Shown: positions 7,846-17,229, counted from the stretch's first letter. The stretch: 32,000 nt of DNA from an uncultured Candidatus Saccharibacteria bacterium (GCA_964543385.1 CAZIYE010000002.1:90001-122000); one strand, 5' to 3'. Notes: generated from the sequence alone by a model not told the origin. Numbers and translations: made by a program.

Positions 7846-8039
7846 CTCCCTTCGAAATTTTATATTATGTTTTTACTATCAAAACTTACACTACCGGCTG
7901 CTCCTCAGCCTTTCAATGATAATCTTGCCAAAACAATAGAGGTTAAAGCATAAGGATTTTTGCTATATATCACAGTACCTTGCTTTGGGGATGAAAAATG
8001 TTAAAATATTAAATATAGGACTATAAAATAAGGATAAAA

Positions 8040-8660
8040 ATGAAAAGATTGTTTCTCGATATTGAAACCATTCCAGCAGATGGAGAGAAAATAGATACCC
8101 TGAAAAAACTCTGGGAGGAAATTAAAAAGAAAAACAATAACGGTATCAAAAAAGTTGAGTCTGATTTCGAAACTTTTTTCCGCAACACCTCATTTCAAGG
8201 GGAATTCGGTCGAATATTGTGCATTGGATATGCCATTGATGATAACGATGTTGGGTGCTTAGTCGGTGACGAAAAAGAAATACTTCGGAAATTTTGGAAA
8301 TTAGCTGGTGATACGAATCTGTTTGTTGGACACAATCTAATGGAATTTGATTTAAGATTCATATATAAACGTTCGATTATTCACAATATTAGACCATCAC
8401 GTGAGCTTAGCTTTGCTAGATATAGGTCGGAACCAATTTTTGACACAATGAAAGAATGGGAAAAGTGGGGCGCGCAAGGGGTTAGTCTTCATCGTCTAAC
8501 TACAGCACTCGGTATTACTTCTCCTAAAGAAGAGGGGATAGACGGATCAAAGGTTTATGACTATTTTCTTGCTGGTAAAACAGATGAAATCGCTGAATAT
8601 TGCAAGAGAGATGTTGCCGCCACGAGAAGTGTCTATAAGAGAATGACTTTTCAGCAATAA
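8040..8660 (+). CDS. RNase H-fold 3'-5' exonuclease (PolB exonuclease-like)
   Basis: KRLFLDIETIP (DEDD Exo I), VGHNLMEFDLRFIYKR (Exo II), EIAEYCKRDVAATRSVYKRM (Exo III). Confidence 0.82.
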   Translation: MKRLFLDIETIPADGEKIDTLKKLWEEIKKKNNNGIKKVESDFETFFRNTSFQGEFGRILCIGYAIDDNDVGCLVGDEKEILRKFWKLAGDTNLFVGHNLMEFDLRFIYKRSIIHNIRPSRELSFARYRSEPIFDTMKEWEKWGAQGVSLHRLTTALGITSPKEEGIDGSKVYDYFLAGKTDEIAEYCKRDVAATRSVYKRMTFQQ

Positions 8661-8727
8661 CTGAGGGAAATAAAGATCTCTGTACTTTCATCTTCTTCTT
8701 TATCTGGACCAGTGTTATAATTACATC

Positions 8728-9531
8728 ATGAAGAAGTTTTTTAGCTCGATTCTTATGGTTTTTGCCATCGTTAGCGCAATACTTTTTTTCGTACTCCTAA
8801 ATATTTCCTTTTTCGTAAATGAGGGAAAAATAAAAAACATTTTAGAGAATGGAAACTTCTATGATAATATTGCTTTCTACATAAAAAATGAGATTGTTAC
8901 AAAGTCTGATTTCAAGCTCAATGAAGGCAATAATTTTGAGGATCTAAATCAAAATGTTAATGCTGACAAGATTAAAATAACTATCAACAATGGTCTGCAT
9001 GACATTTTTTCTTCCTTGGAAAATCCCAATAACTCGGAAAAGATTTTCCCTGTTAAATTTTCTAGCGAGAATACTGATGGTACAAAGTTCTATTTTGAGA
9101 AATATTTTAACATCCAGGATAATCCAGTTCTTGAATTGTTGTCAGAAAAAAATACAATATTATTGATCATTGGGGGATTGTCACTGCTGCTTCTACTATT
9201 CGGCATGCTATTTTTCTTGAAAAATCCAAAGGGTGGTCTAATGTACTTGGGTGTTTTTGCTCTCAGTACTACATTTGTGTTAGCAATTATAGCGATATTG
9301 TTGAAATTATTTGCTAGCGAGTATATGCAGACATTTGCTAATAATGTCCACCTTTTTAGAGATGCGAAGCTATTGTCGATATTAAAAAGGATTTTGTCCG
9401 TGATCGTTAGCAATCAATTTTACTATTATCTGATTGAGATAATTAGTCTATTTGTTCTTGCTATAACTTTTTTCTCCCTTCGCAGAATGATAGTCAGAGA
9501 AGATCTGCAAGAGATTGACAAGAAAATATAG
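8728..9531 (+). CDS. Hypothetical membrane protein
   Basis: 267-aa ORF with N-terminal TM, extracytoplasmic segment and three further TM helices. Confidence 0.7.
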   Translation: MKKFFSSILMVFAIVSAILFFVLLNISFFVNEGKIKNILENGNFYDNIAFYIKNEIVTKSDFKLNEGNNFEDLNQNVNADKIKITINNGLHDIFSSLENPNNSEKIFPVKFSSENTDGTKFYFEKYFNIQDNPVLELLSEKNTILLIIGGLSLLLLLFGMLFFLKNPKGGLMYLGVFALSTTFVLAIIAILLKLFASEYMQTFANNVHLFRDAKLLSILKRILSVIVSNQFYYYLIEIISLFVLAITFFSLRRMIVREDLQEIDKKI

Positions 9532-9544
9532 TTTGTTGGTAAAA

Positions 9545-10012
9545 TTAACTAGTTCCTATTTTGGACAAAAGCCAGTTTCTTGAATCTTCTAGAATTTGTC
9601 TAGTTTCCTTGTAGGTGATCTTTTCAAGTGCATTCTCATATGTTAGCCATTTGGCATCAGTAATTTCTTTCCCATCAATTTTGATCTCAAGGTTCTCGCA
9701 AAAACAAGGGAAAAATTTGACAGTTTTATCTACCATTGTGCCGTGGTCATTCCAGCTATATTTTTCTATGAAATAAGTATCGGTAATTATCTTGAGAGGT
9801 CTTATCCCGGTCTCTTCGTAAAGTTCTCTTTCTGCTGTTTCAATTTCTGTTTCGCCAACCTCGGGATGTCCCTTTGGAAAGCTCCAAAATTGTCCATATT
9901 GTTCTATCAACAAAAAATAGATAGTACTTGGATCTTTATATTTTTGAAATATTGGCACAACGCCGTAAGAGAAATCCTTCATATTAGTGGAGGACCTCGC
10001 CTTCGCCGTCAT
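9545..10012 (-). CDS. NUDIX hydrolase
   Basis: GHPEVGETEIETAERELYEETGI matches the Nudix box GX5EX7REUXEEXGU. Confidence 0.92.
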   Translation of the reverse strand: MTAKARSSTNMKDFSYGVVPIFQKYKDPSTIYFLLIEQYGQFWSFPKGHPEVGETEIETAERELYEETGIRPLKIITDTYFIEKYSWNDHGTMVDKTVKFFPCFCENLEIKIDGKEITDAKWLTYENALEKITYKETRQILEDSRNWLLSKIGTS

Positions 10013-11633
10013 GGGCGTCGTAAGGCTTTTTACTTAGAATTGGCATCGAGAAAAAGAAGGTTGTGCCTTTGTCAGCGCCATCGGAGTGAAACCAAATTTT
10101 ACCTTTTTGCAATTCAACAAATTTCTTAGATATATACATGCCAAGTCCGGTGCCCTTGACTTCGTCTTTAAGCACATCTACCTGAGTGAATTTCTCAAAG
10201 ACTGCCTGCTGGCGATCTTTTGGTATTCCCTTGCCATTATCCTCAACCGATATAACGATTTTTTGATCATCGTTCATAACTCTGACGACTATTTTGCCGC
10301 CATCGGGAGTGTATTTTATCGAGTTTCCGATGACATTAATAAGTACTTCAGTAATACGAGTAACGTCAAACCAAGTAGGTGGCATTTTGTGCTTAGGCTC
10401 TTCGAAAGTCAGTGTATGTTTGGCTTCTCGTGCCTTCGACATCACTTCAGTGATTGCTTGACTTATAACATCCTCGACAGGCTTTTGTTCCCAGATGATA
10501 TGGATTCGTCCAGACTCAATCCTGGAGACATTTAGGAGGTCTTTTACCATATTTGCAAGCCTTGTAGCGGATTGAAATACGCTATCGAGGTAAGTGCGAG
10601 CTTTATCAGGGATCTTGCCACCAAGACCCTCGATCAAAATCATAGAAAGGTAACCCTTGATCGCAGCGATAGGGGTATTGAGTTCATGCGATGCCATGGA
10701 CAAAAAGTCATCTTTCAATTTATCCACTTCCTTTAGATGATCATTGGCAGTCTCAAGATCTTTGGCAAGTTTTTGAATTTGTTCTCGACGTTTTATTTCC
10801 TGCTTGACAGACTTAATAAGTAAATATCCACCAATGGAAACCAAACAAAAGATTGTTGCATTGATCAAAAATTGGTTAAACGTTTTCGATAATATAGTTT
10901 GAGTTCCTATGGCAATAATTACGATTATAGCACTGGCTTCTGTTAAAATTACTTTTATATCAAAAAGTCCCTTTGCTACCATTGCATAGGTTGTGAATCC
11001 AACAAATGGTAGAACGAAATATGTGCCGAGGTATACAAAATTATCGAGCTTAAATACCAAAACGAGTATGAGATTAAAGAATATCATTAAAAAGAACATT
11101 GATGAAACTCCAGTAAAGATAAATTTTATTTGTTCTCTTATAAAACCTTCGGCCTTTAGAAATTTTTTTATTAATAAATAAAATCCTGTTCCTATAGAAC
11201 CAACTGCAGTAACTAGAAACAGTAACATGCCAGGGCCAACTTTTGGGCTTCTAGTATTGTTCACGGCATCGATTTCAACTCCAGGGAAGAATATAGGGGA
11301 CATCACAACCGCAATAGTTGCAACAACTACGATGGAATAAATAAAATAAAATTTACGTTTAAATGGCAGTTTTCCCTCTGGGAAAGCTTGAGCAAATAGA
11401 AAGAAAAAAACGGACTGAAGTACAGCGAAAACCATTACTAATCGCATGAGAATTAAAATAGTATTATAATCTTGGGCAAGCACAGAAAAATAATTTGAAA
11501 CAGACCATAAAACTAGTGAAAGGGTCAAGTAAAAAAATAAAGTTCTTAGGGTTTTGTTTTTGGACTTTGTTAATGCAATTATGCCCAGGACTAGATTTAG
11601 GGCTGCACCCAGAATAAGTATCAGCGCGTTCAT
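9984..11633 (-). CDS. Membrane sensor histidine kinase
   Basis: Multi-TM N-terminus; H box DFLSMASHELNTPIAAIKGYL; N box NVIGNSIKYTPDGG; G boxes VEDNGKGIPKDR and GTGLGMYISKK. Confidence 0.93.
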   Translation of the reverse strand: MNALILILGAALNLVLGIIALTKSKNKTLRTLFFYLTLSLVLWSVSNYFSVLAQDYNTILILMRLVMVFAVLQSVFFFLFAQAFPEGKLPFKRKFYFIYSIVVVATIAVVMSPIFFPGVEIDAVNNTRSPKVGPGMLLFLVTAVGSIGTGFYLLIKKFLKAEGFIREQIKFIFTGVSSMFFLMIFFNLILVLVFKLDNFVYLGTYFVLPFVGFTTYAMVAKGLFDIKVILTEASAIIVIIAIGTQTILSKTFNQFLINATIFCLVSIGGYLLIKSVKQEIKRREQIQKLAKDLETANDHLKEVDKLKDDFLSMASHELNTPIAAIKGYLSMILIEGLGGKIPDKARTYLDSVFQSATRLANMVKDLLNVSRIESGRIHIIWEQKPVEDVISQAITEVMSKAREAKHTLTFEEPKHKMPPTWFDVTRITEVLINVIGNSIKYTPDGGKIVVRVMNDDQKIVISVEDNGKGIPKDRQQAVFEKFTQVDVLKDEVKGTGLGMYISKKFVELQKGKIWFHSDGADKGTTFFFSMPILSKKPYDAHDGEGEVLH

Positions 11634-11660
11634 TTCCCTCCTATGATTAGCAATCAGATA

Positions 11661-12779
11661 TTATTTTAATTTACTCAAAAATTCTTTGGTATGATCAGCT
11701 CTTTTCTTTACGGAATCGTCTGAATAATAGTTTGGTATTAAAGCGCCATCTATAGAAACATGTAATCTTCCGTCCATAATAGGATTGTTCATGGCTATAT
11801 TTCTAATAATATATGAGCCTACTGATCCTGCTAACATTGATGCTGTAGATAGCTGGGGCCATGTCTTTATTGTTTTGCCCACCTCGAGTAATGAGTCTTG
11901 CATACGGCTGACGGCGTTTTGGGGTTGAACAATTTTTAGAGATAGAGTTACGCGGTCCTGCGGCGATAGTTTGCCATGACTATTTTTGATAAGTTTGATG
12001 TCTTCTTCTGATATTAAGCCGTGGAAAGGTTTCAAGCTAGATTTCAAGTCATATCTTTCTATGTCAACCATAACATTATCACCATTATCGGTAATCATTA
12101 TTAAAGGTATTTTTTTATCTTTAGCTATTAGGCGCATATGAAGCTTCAGATGCAGGCTGTCTATCTCGTCAAAAACTATATCAGAATCTTTTACAAATTC
12201 ATCAATATTGTCTTCACTTATACCATCAGAGAAAATTTGAACATTTATATACGGATTTATCTCATAAATTCTTCTTGCTAGAGCGATGGTTTTCTTTATA
12301 TTAACGGATAGTAGCTCTGTTACAATTCGATTCATATTCGATGTGGAAATTGAATCACCATCAGCAATCTTAATGTTTTTGCATCCGCCTTGCATAACAG
12401 TAGCTAATACAATATTACTGCCAACGCTTAGGCCGGCAACTGCAAGATTTGTATTCCGATATTTATCTTGTTCGGCGTGGTTTATTAAATATTTGTTGCG
12501 CGATGTTAGAAGAGTATAAAAGTCATTCTCTTCTAATGCCCTTATGACTGTTTTTCTCCATGGATAGACCACCAATGTCCCCAAGGTCTCTTGTTTAAAC
12601 TCTGACAATGTCAATTGTAGGTCAGCTTCTTTGCCTATACATGTCAGTTCAACCAATTCTTCAGCTTGGCACTCAAATATGTCGCTATAAACATATCCTT
12701 CGGAATTGAGTTTCAGCAAAATACTATCAAGCTCTTCTTTTGAGAAAAAATTAATTATATCTGGTTTAAATTGATCCAT
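11661..12779 (-). CDS. E1-like/ThiF-family Rossmann protein (putative adenylyltransferase)
   Basis: NLAVAGLSVGSNIVLATVMQGGCKNIKIADGDSISTSNMNRI resembles the E1/ThiF nucleotide-binding motif followed by D..N.NR. Confidence 0.78.
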   Translation of the reverse strand: MDQFKPDIINFFSKEELDSILLKLNSEGYVYSDIFECQAEELVELTCIGKEADLQLTLSEFKQETLGTLVVYPWRKTVIRALEENDFYTLLTSRNKYLINHAEQDKYRNTNLAVAGLSVGSNIVLATVMQGGCKNIKIADGDSISTSNMNRIVTELLSVNIKKTIALARRIYEINPYINVQIFSDGISEDNIDEFVKDSDIVFDEIDSLHLKLHMRLIAKDKKIPLIMITDNGDNVMVDIERYDLKSSLKPFHGLISEEDIKLIKNSHGKLSPQDRVTLSLKIVQPQNAVSRMQDSLLEVGKTIKTWPQLSTASMLAGSVGSYIIRNIAMNNPIMDGRLHVSIDGALIPNYYSDDSVKKRADHTKEFLSKLK

Positions 12780-14338
12780 TGCTGTTTACTCCCTCTATCG
12801 TTACTAATTGATCCATAAGGCATGAATACAACTCTAGGCTTAGCCTTTTCTTGGCCAATTTTTTCAACAAGAGTTTTGTATTCATAGTTGTTCTTTAGAA
12901 GATTCGAATAAATCTTTTCTCCAACATTTTTTTTTAATTCATCATTTGGTTCGATATTCTTATTCAATTCAACGGCTATTTCAATATATTGATTTCTTAA
13001 ATCATCATACTTCGTGGTCATCGACATTCTAGTTGTCAATTTATCTATAATAGCTTGATCTTCAAGCCCTTTTCTAACTGTCTGCGGATAGATATTCAAG
13101 CCGTAGAGAGTAATCGTTTGGTCTGATTTCCCGTAGAGGACAATGAAAGGTAATTTCCATATGGGAAGATTTAGTTTCTTGGCCTCTTCTAAAATATCTA
13201 TACCTTCATTTTTAAATAAATTAATCATTTCATGGAAGCTATAGATAGTTCCATAATCGTGGAGGTTATAATCTAAAAGTGGCATTCCACCGACAGTAGA
13301 GCAAATTAATTCATTGTCTACGCATTCAAAGTGTTTTAAATGTGGATGATATTGAACAAAAGTAGAAACCGTTCTGCCATTGAAGAGTTTTTCAAGCAGC
13401 TTATCATTTTTGGCACATAGTCTTTTTATCATGATGCTAATAGGGGTCTCATGTCCAAGAATTGCTGCGTCAGCTGATCCATATGTATTCACGCTAGAAT
13501 TGTAGTAGTCTTTAATCTTTGCTTTCTTGTACAAATATTCGCGCCAATCTTCACTTATTGCCTCTGCGCCAAAGATGAATTTAAGGTTATACGAACCCCA
13601 GTCAAATCCCCTGGAAATACCTTCTTCAATTGTATCCTTTACAAAAGGAGGATATCCGCAGATCACTATTTGCTCATAGTTGTTTCCTATTTCGCTAATA
13701 ATTCTTAAAATGCTGTCCATGGAAATACCTGGAGTTATGACGGAAAGATCATACCCTCTCTGTGCTATTCTTAGGCAGGAATTTAGCGTAAATACACCGG
13801 CAACATACATACCCATTGAATAGGCATCGACTATTAATGTTCTTTTCTTGTCTATGTGAAAAAAATCCTTCAAGATCATCTCATAAATAATCGTTGTTTC
13901 TAGCTCCAAGTAATTGCCTCTAGGCCAAAAATACGGTTTTCCGCTTGAACCAGAACTGACAGAAACCATCTTAATGGAGTCCATATAATTGCCGGGAAGT
14001 AGTTCTGAAATAGGATATTCGTGCAGGTAATTTTTTTTGTCTATAAAACGGTTCGATTTGTTTGCTGAAAATTGCTTATAGGCGGGGACACTATTTTTTA
14101 TTTCGGCCTCAAGCTCTGAGTATATTTCTTTCGAATATTTCTCGATCTCTTTAGGGTCAGTATTTTTTAGATAATTTAAAGAAAAATCAACGTCATAAAT
14201 TTTAAGAGCCTCAAAAAAAGGATTGCTTGAATTGTTAATCTGTCCAATTGCTTGGTCTTTAAAATATGGTTTTAATGTTGTATAGTTATTAAAGATACTT
14301 TTCATGATTCTAATATAGCATATTAAATTATGAGCCAC
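12755..14338 (-). CDS. PaaK/CapK-like adenylate-forming enzyme
   Basis: P-loop-like VSSGSSGKPYFWPRG; FGAEAISEDWREYL...YGSADAAILGHE; GKSDQTITLYGLNIYPQTV. A start at 14305 (MKSIFNN...) is also possible. Confidence 0.75.
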   Translation of the reverse strand: MAHNLICYIRIMKSIFNNYTTLKPYFKDQAIGQINNSSNPFFEALKIYDVDFSLNYLKNTDPKEIEKYSKEIYSELEAEIKNSVPAYKQFSANKSNRFIDKKNYLHEYPISELLPGNYMDSIKMVSVSSGSSGKPYFWPRGNYLELETTIIYEMILKDFFHIDKKRTLIVDAYSMGMYVAGVFTLNSCLRIAQRGYDLSVITPGISMDSILRIISEIGNNYEQIVICGYPPFVKDTIEEGISRGFDWGSYNLKFIFGAEAISEDWREYLYKKAKIKDYYNSSVNTYGSADAAILGHETPISIMIKRLCAKNDKLLEKLFNGRTVSTFVQYHPHLKHFECVDNELICSTVGGMPLLDYNLHDYGTIYSFHEMINLFKNEGIDILEEAKKLNLPIWKLPFIVLYGKSDQTITLYGLNIYPQTVRKGLEDQAIIDKLTTRMSMTTKYDDLRNQYIEIAVELNKNIEPNDELKKNVGEKIYSNLLKNNYEYKTLVEKIGQEKAKPRVVFMPYGSISNDRGSKQQWINLNQI

Positions 14339-15454
14339 AATAATAAAGAGGCAGCGCTTGTCCTGGGGGGACTAGGCTTAATAGGTGGGTCACTAGCCCA
14401 AGAACTTACAAAGAATTTTGACGTGTTTGTTGTGGACAGAAGAGAGCCTAAGGAAAAAAATGGAAGTGTGAAATATTATGTATCCGATGCGCTAAGTGTC
14501 TCAAGCCTTGAGAAGTTAATAATTGAACATGAGCCAAGACTAATCGTTAATTCAATAAATATAGCCACTATTTTTTCAGATAACCCTGAGGCAAACTATA
14601 AAAAGCTTGTTAAGTTTTACTATAGTTTGTATCAGATATTTAGTAAGATCTCACATCCGATACATTTCATTCAGATGGGGACAACTGGTTCTGGTGGACT
14701 AGGCTTTGATATTCCTTTTACTCATGGGGACAGAATAGAAGATCTCCCGATCATAAACAAGGCTGCTTTTGCCGGTGTTTCGACGGCAATGCTGACCCTT
14801 ATGTCCAGGTCTTTTGGCCATAGAGTAAAAGTGTCGGAAATTAAACCAGGCTTGTCAATTTTTCGAAAAGATATTGTTAAAGAAAAATTTGATGGCAGTA
14901 ACCTTATCCTTATAGATGGTGGTGAAAGTGGTTTTTATACATACAATGAACTAGCGCTCCTCACATGTTATATGGGTTTTACAACAGTAGACACGATCAT
15001 TGATAAAGTTATGAAAATTATTGGTGGCGATAAAAGCTTCCATAATCACTGTGTTTATGACACGATAGGCAGTCTCAATGGTGCTATTATTACGCAAAAT
15101 CACCTAGACCATTGGCGTTTGGTTAAATATCTTAATATTATGAAAAGACTGTCTGGCAAAGACTATATAATAGCTACGGGCAAACTTGGCCCTCCAAGCA
15201 TCACAAGAGACTTAATTCTTACATACCTAAAAAAGGAAAATCCTGATGTCGACGAGGAATCTTTTGCTAAGAAAATCAAGGGTGATGCAAATATAGTCAA
15301 TACAATAAAATTCATCAAGAAGAATGATAAAACTCTTTATGAATATCTATTAACTGAATTGAATTACGAAAACTATCTCAAAGCTATATATACTAAAGAT
15401 GAGCCGTGGGAAAACGTTAAAGCTATGTTGGCTAGACAGAAACTGATAGTATAG
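14330..15454 (+). CDS. NAD(P)-dependent SDR/epimerase-like protein
   Basis: N-terminal AALVLGGLGLIGGSLAQELTKNFDVFVVDRR Rossmann motif; divergent from, and overlapping, the 12755..14338 ORF start. Confidence 0.75.
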   Translation: MSHNNKEAALVLGGLGLIGGSLAQELTKNFDVFVVDRREPKEKNGSVKYYVSDALSVSSLEKLIIEHEPRLIVNSINIATIFSDNPEANYKKLVKFYYSLYQIFSKISHPIHFIQMGTTGSGGLGFDIPFTHGDRIEDLPIINKAAFAGVSTAMLTLMSRSFGHRVKVSEIKPGLSIFRKDIVKEKFDGSNLILIDGGESGFYTYNELALLTCYMGFTTVDTIIDKVMKIIGGDKSFHNHCVYDTIGSLNGAIITQNHLDHWRLVKYLNIMKRLSGKDYIIATGKLGPPSITRDLILTYLKKENPDVDEESFAKKIKGDANIVNTIKFIKKNDKTLYEYLLTELNYENYLKAIYTKDEPWENVKAMLARQKLIV

Positions 15455-15480
15455 ACTAATCCACAGTTTTTCTTTTGACA

Positions 15481-15865
15481 ATCTATGTGATCGCAGCTAA
15501 ACTATATCAGTTCGCCATACTCTTATAGTTTATAGCGGACCTAGCTAATCATGGTCGTGCATTTATCTTGCTAGAAAGTGATGTGGCAACATCACAATAA
15601 TCAATCAATCCTCAAGGACTGATTTTTATTTTGGGCAGATTCCGGCTGCTCTTGCCAATCCAACCGTCTGGTTGTGTATTCCGGCAGAACATCACTGACT
15701 ATTTTATTGCACGTATTAGTCAACTAGATGTTAGCACTTTTCTATCCCTCCTGATCCACCCTGTTTGTAAAAAATGTGCAGATGGATCAGGATAGCGGTT
15801 TGTTCACTGTATAACCGCTGATAACAAATCAGCGTGTTGACAAAAAATCACACGCTGATTTTTGT
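15481..15865. other. Hairpin-dense intergenic region (candidate structured RNA or recombination site)
   Basis: No ORF. Inverted repeats include AAACTATA/TATAGTTT, CTAGC/GCTAG, GTGATGT/ACATCAC, CAACC/GGTTG, TGACTA/TAGTCA, CCTGATCCA/TGGATCAGG, AGCGGTT/AACCGCT, AATCAGCGTG/CACGCTGATT. Confidence 0.6.
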
Positions 15866-16465
15866 TTGATGTTTATGTATAATTTACTTATGAAAATTTT
15901 ATCCAAAGAAAAATCTCGGGAGATATTAATCAAATTATTATCACTTTTCCAATGCGATCAGTTTGAGAAGATGGATAAATATCTCAATTCAAAGCCATTC
16001 AGATTCTTCAAATTCTATGCAAGCAATTCTTGCGAGCTCCCATTTTTATTTTGGGATGAAAAAGAAGCCAAGAAGATATTTGATTCCGCGATTAGTATTA
16101 GTGGTGCGGTAAAGGATAGTGATGGTGGTGTATACGGTATTGGTAATTATGATTATTTAGATAAATTAGCAAACTTTTTGAAAACACAGGGCTTTGTAAA
16201 TATATACGGCGCTGGTAATTGGGATCCCTTCGGCAATGTTGGTCACAGTGCCATTGGCCTAAATGTTAATGAAATTAGGGGTATTAGCAGACATAACTAC
16301 GATGACATCTATTTCTTTGATGAAAATTTTACCTGGATGCTCGCATTTAATCATCATAGAAACGGATTTTTTGCCGGATCAAAAGAAATGATAGAAGATT
16401 TTTCATATTCAGTGCCCGAATTTCGCAAATACCTCAGAGAAGAATGCTCCTGCTGCGGGCTTTGA
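15866..16465 (+). CDS. Unknown 199-aa protein with Cys-rich C-terminal tail
   Basis: ORF ends DFSYSVPEFRKYLREECSCCGL*. More plausible start is the ATG at 15890 (MKILSKEK...), since the track start at 15866 is a TTG. TATAAT lies just upstream at 15878-15883. Confidence 0.7.
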   Translation: MMFMYNLLMKILSKEKSREILIKLLSLFQCDQFEKMDKYLNSKPFRFFKFYASNSCELPFLFWDEKEAKKIFDSAISISGAVKDSDGGVYGIGNYDYLDKLANFLKTQGFVNIYGAGNWDPFGNVGHSAIGLNVNEIRGISRHNYDDIYFFDENFTWMLAFNHHRNGFFAGSKEMIEDFSYSVPEFRKYLREECSCCGL

Positions 16466-16485
16466 CTTATCCGCTAAGTTGACAT

Positions 16486-16514
16486 TTGACACCCTTTAAT
16501 TGCTTCTGTAGAAT
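16486..16514 (+). promoter_or_regulatory. Sigma70-like promoter inside repeat copy 1
   Basis: TTGACA-N17(CCCTTTAATTGCTTCTG)-TAGAAT. Confidence 0.8.
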
Positions 16515-16599
16515 TTATGCATGGATACGTTATGGACAAAATTTAGACCCAAACGCAAGTTGCGGGCTAAGTGTGTCTTTGAAGAACTCCAAATAGATA

Positions 16600-16626
16600 G
16601 GACCCCTCTGGGGCCCTTTTTTGTAT
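16600..16626 (+). terminator. Intrinsic terminator in the leader before the HD-gene start (copy 1)
   Basis: GGACCCC-TCT-GGGGCCCTTTTTTG between the promoter and the ATG at 16667. Confidence 0.7.
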
Positions 16627-16666
16627 CCTGTACACTCACAATCTAACGAAAGGAGGACTCCGGAGA

Positions 16667-16867
16667 ATGGGAGCAATGTTGGTACACGTTTCTGCATTAG
16701 AATATCTCTCAGTGCTCGCTCTTCGGAGATTCTCCGAAGAAGACCTGCGAAGGATTCAAAAAGCAGAGGATTTCGCTACTGAGAAGTTGCAAGGCATATT
16801 GCGGCGTGATGGTGCCGCGGTCAATATTGCGAGATTTATCTATACTGCCTTTCAAAATTCGCTGTAA
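16667..16867 (+). pseudogene. Truncated duplicate of the HD (SpoT-hydrolase-like) gene at 20455
   Basis: First ~49 aa identical to 20455..21090 (MGAMLVHVSALEYLS...LQGILRRDG), then unrelated AAVNIARFIYTAFQNSL*; the HD motif is lost. Confidence 0.85.
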
Positions 16868-16887
16868 ATGCCCTGACCCCCTATAGC

Positions 16888-17229
16888 CTAAGTGCTGTGG
16901 GGGGTCTTGATATTAGTTCTTTTAAAGCTGCCGCGGACAAGTTTAAAAGCCAAGCGTCCGTCCTTGTGCTGCATCGGTGTACCGATTAATTCTCCGCAAT
17001 CACAAGTTAGATTTTTCAGGGTTGATTCGTCATGTTCATTGGAACTATTAAAACTATCGGATATTATCCGGTTTATATAACAACGTTTGAGCCAACCAGG
17101 ACCATCTTTCTGGTATAAAAATATCTTTTTTCCACATTTAGCGCACCTGACGCGGGTAATCTTAGCAGTGCCGCCTCTGGCAGCCAGATATTTATCTCTT
17201 TTGATTTTGAATTGGTGTGACTGTTCCAT
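16888..17229 (-). CDS. Hypothetical zinc-ribbon-like protein
   Basis: VRCAKCGKKIFLYQ ... LTCDCGELIGTP metal-binding-like pairs; 113 aa. Confidence 0.6.
   Translation of the reverse strand: MEQSHQFKIKRDKYLAARGGTAKITRVRCAKCGKKIFLYQKDGPGWLKRCYINRIISDSFNSSNEHDESTLKNLTCDCGELIGTPMQHKDGRLAFKLVRGSFKRTNIKTPHST

Larger units (their letters stand above)
16424..16812. repeat. ~389-bp direct repeat, copy 1
   Basis: Offset exactly 3788 bp from copy 2; only two substitutions seen, both in the first ~20 nt. Spans the 199-aa gene tail, promoter, terminator, SD and 5' end of the HD gene. Confidence 0.95.

Noticed and set aside
7088-7953. Plus-strand ORFs 7088..7462, 7179..7418 and 7660..7953
   Set aside because: Shadow ORFs opposite the KGG-repeat genes; their repeated HP[YF]GRF/FxSxLST-type strings are by-products of the minus-strand KGG codons.
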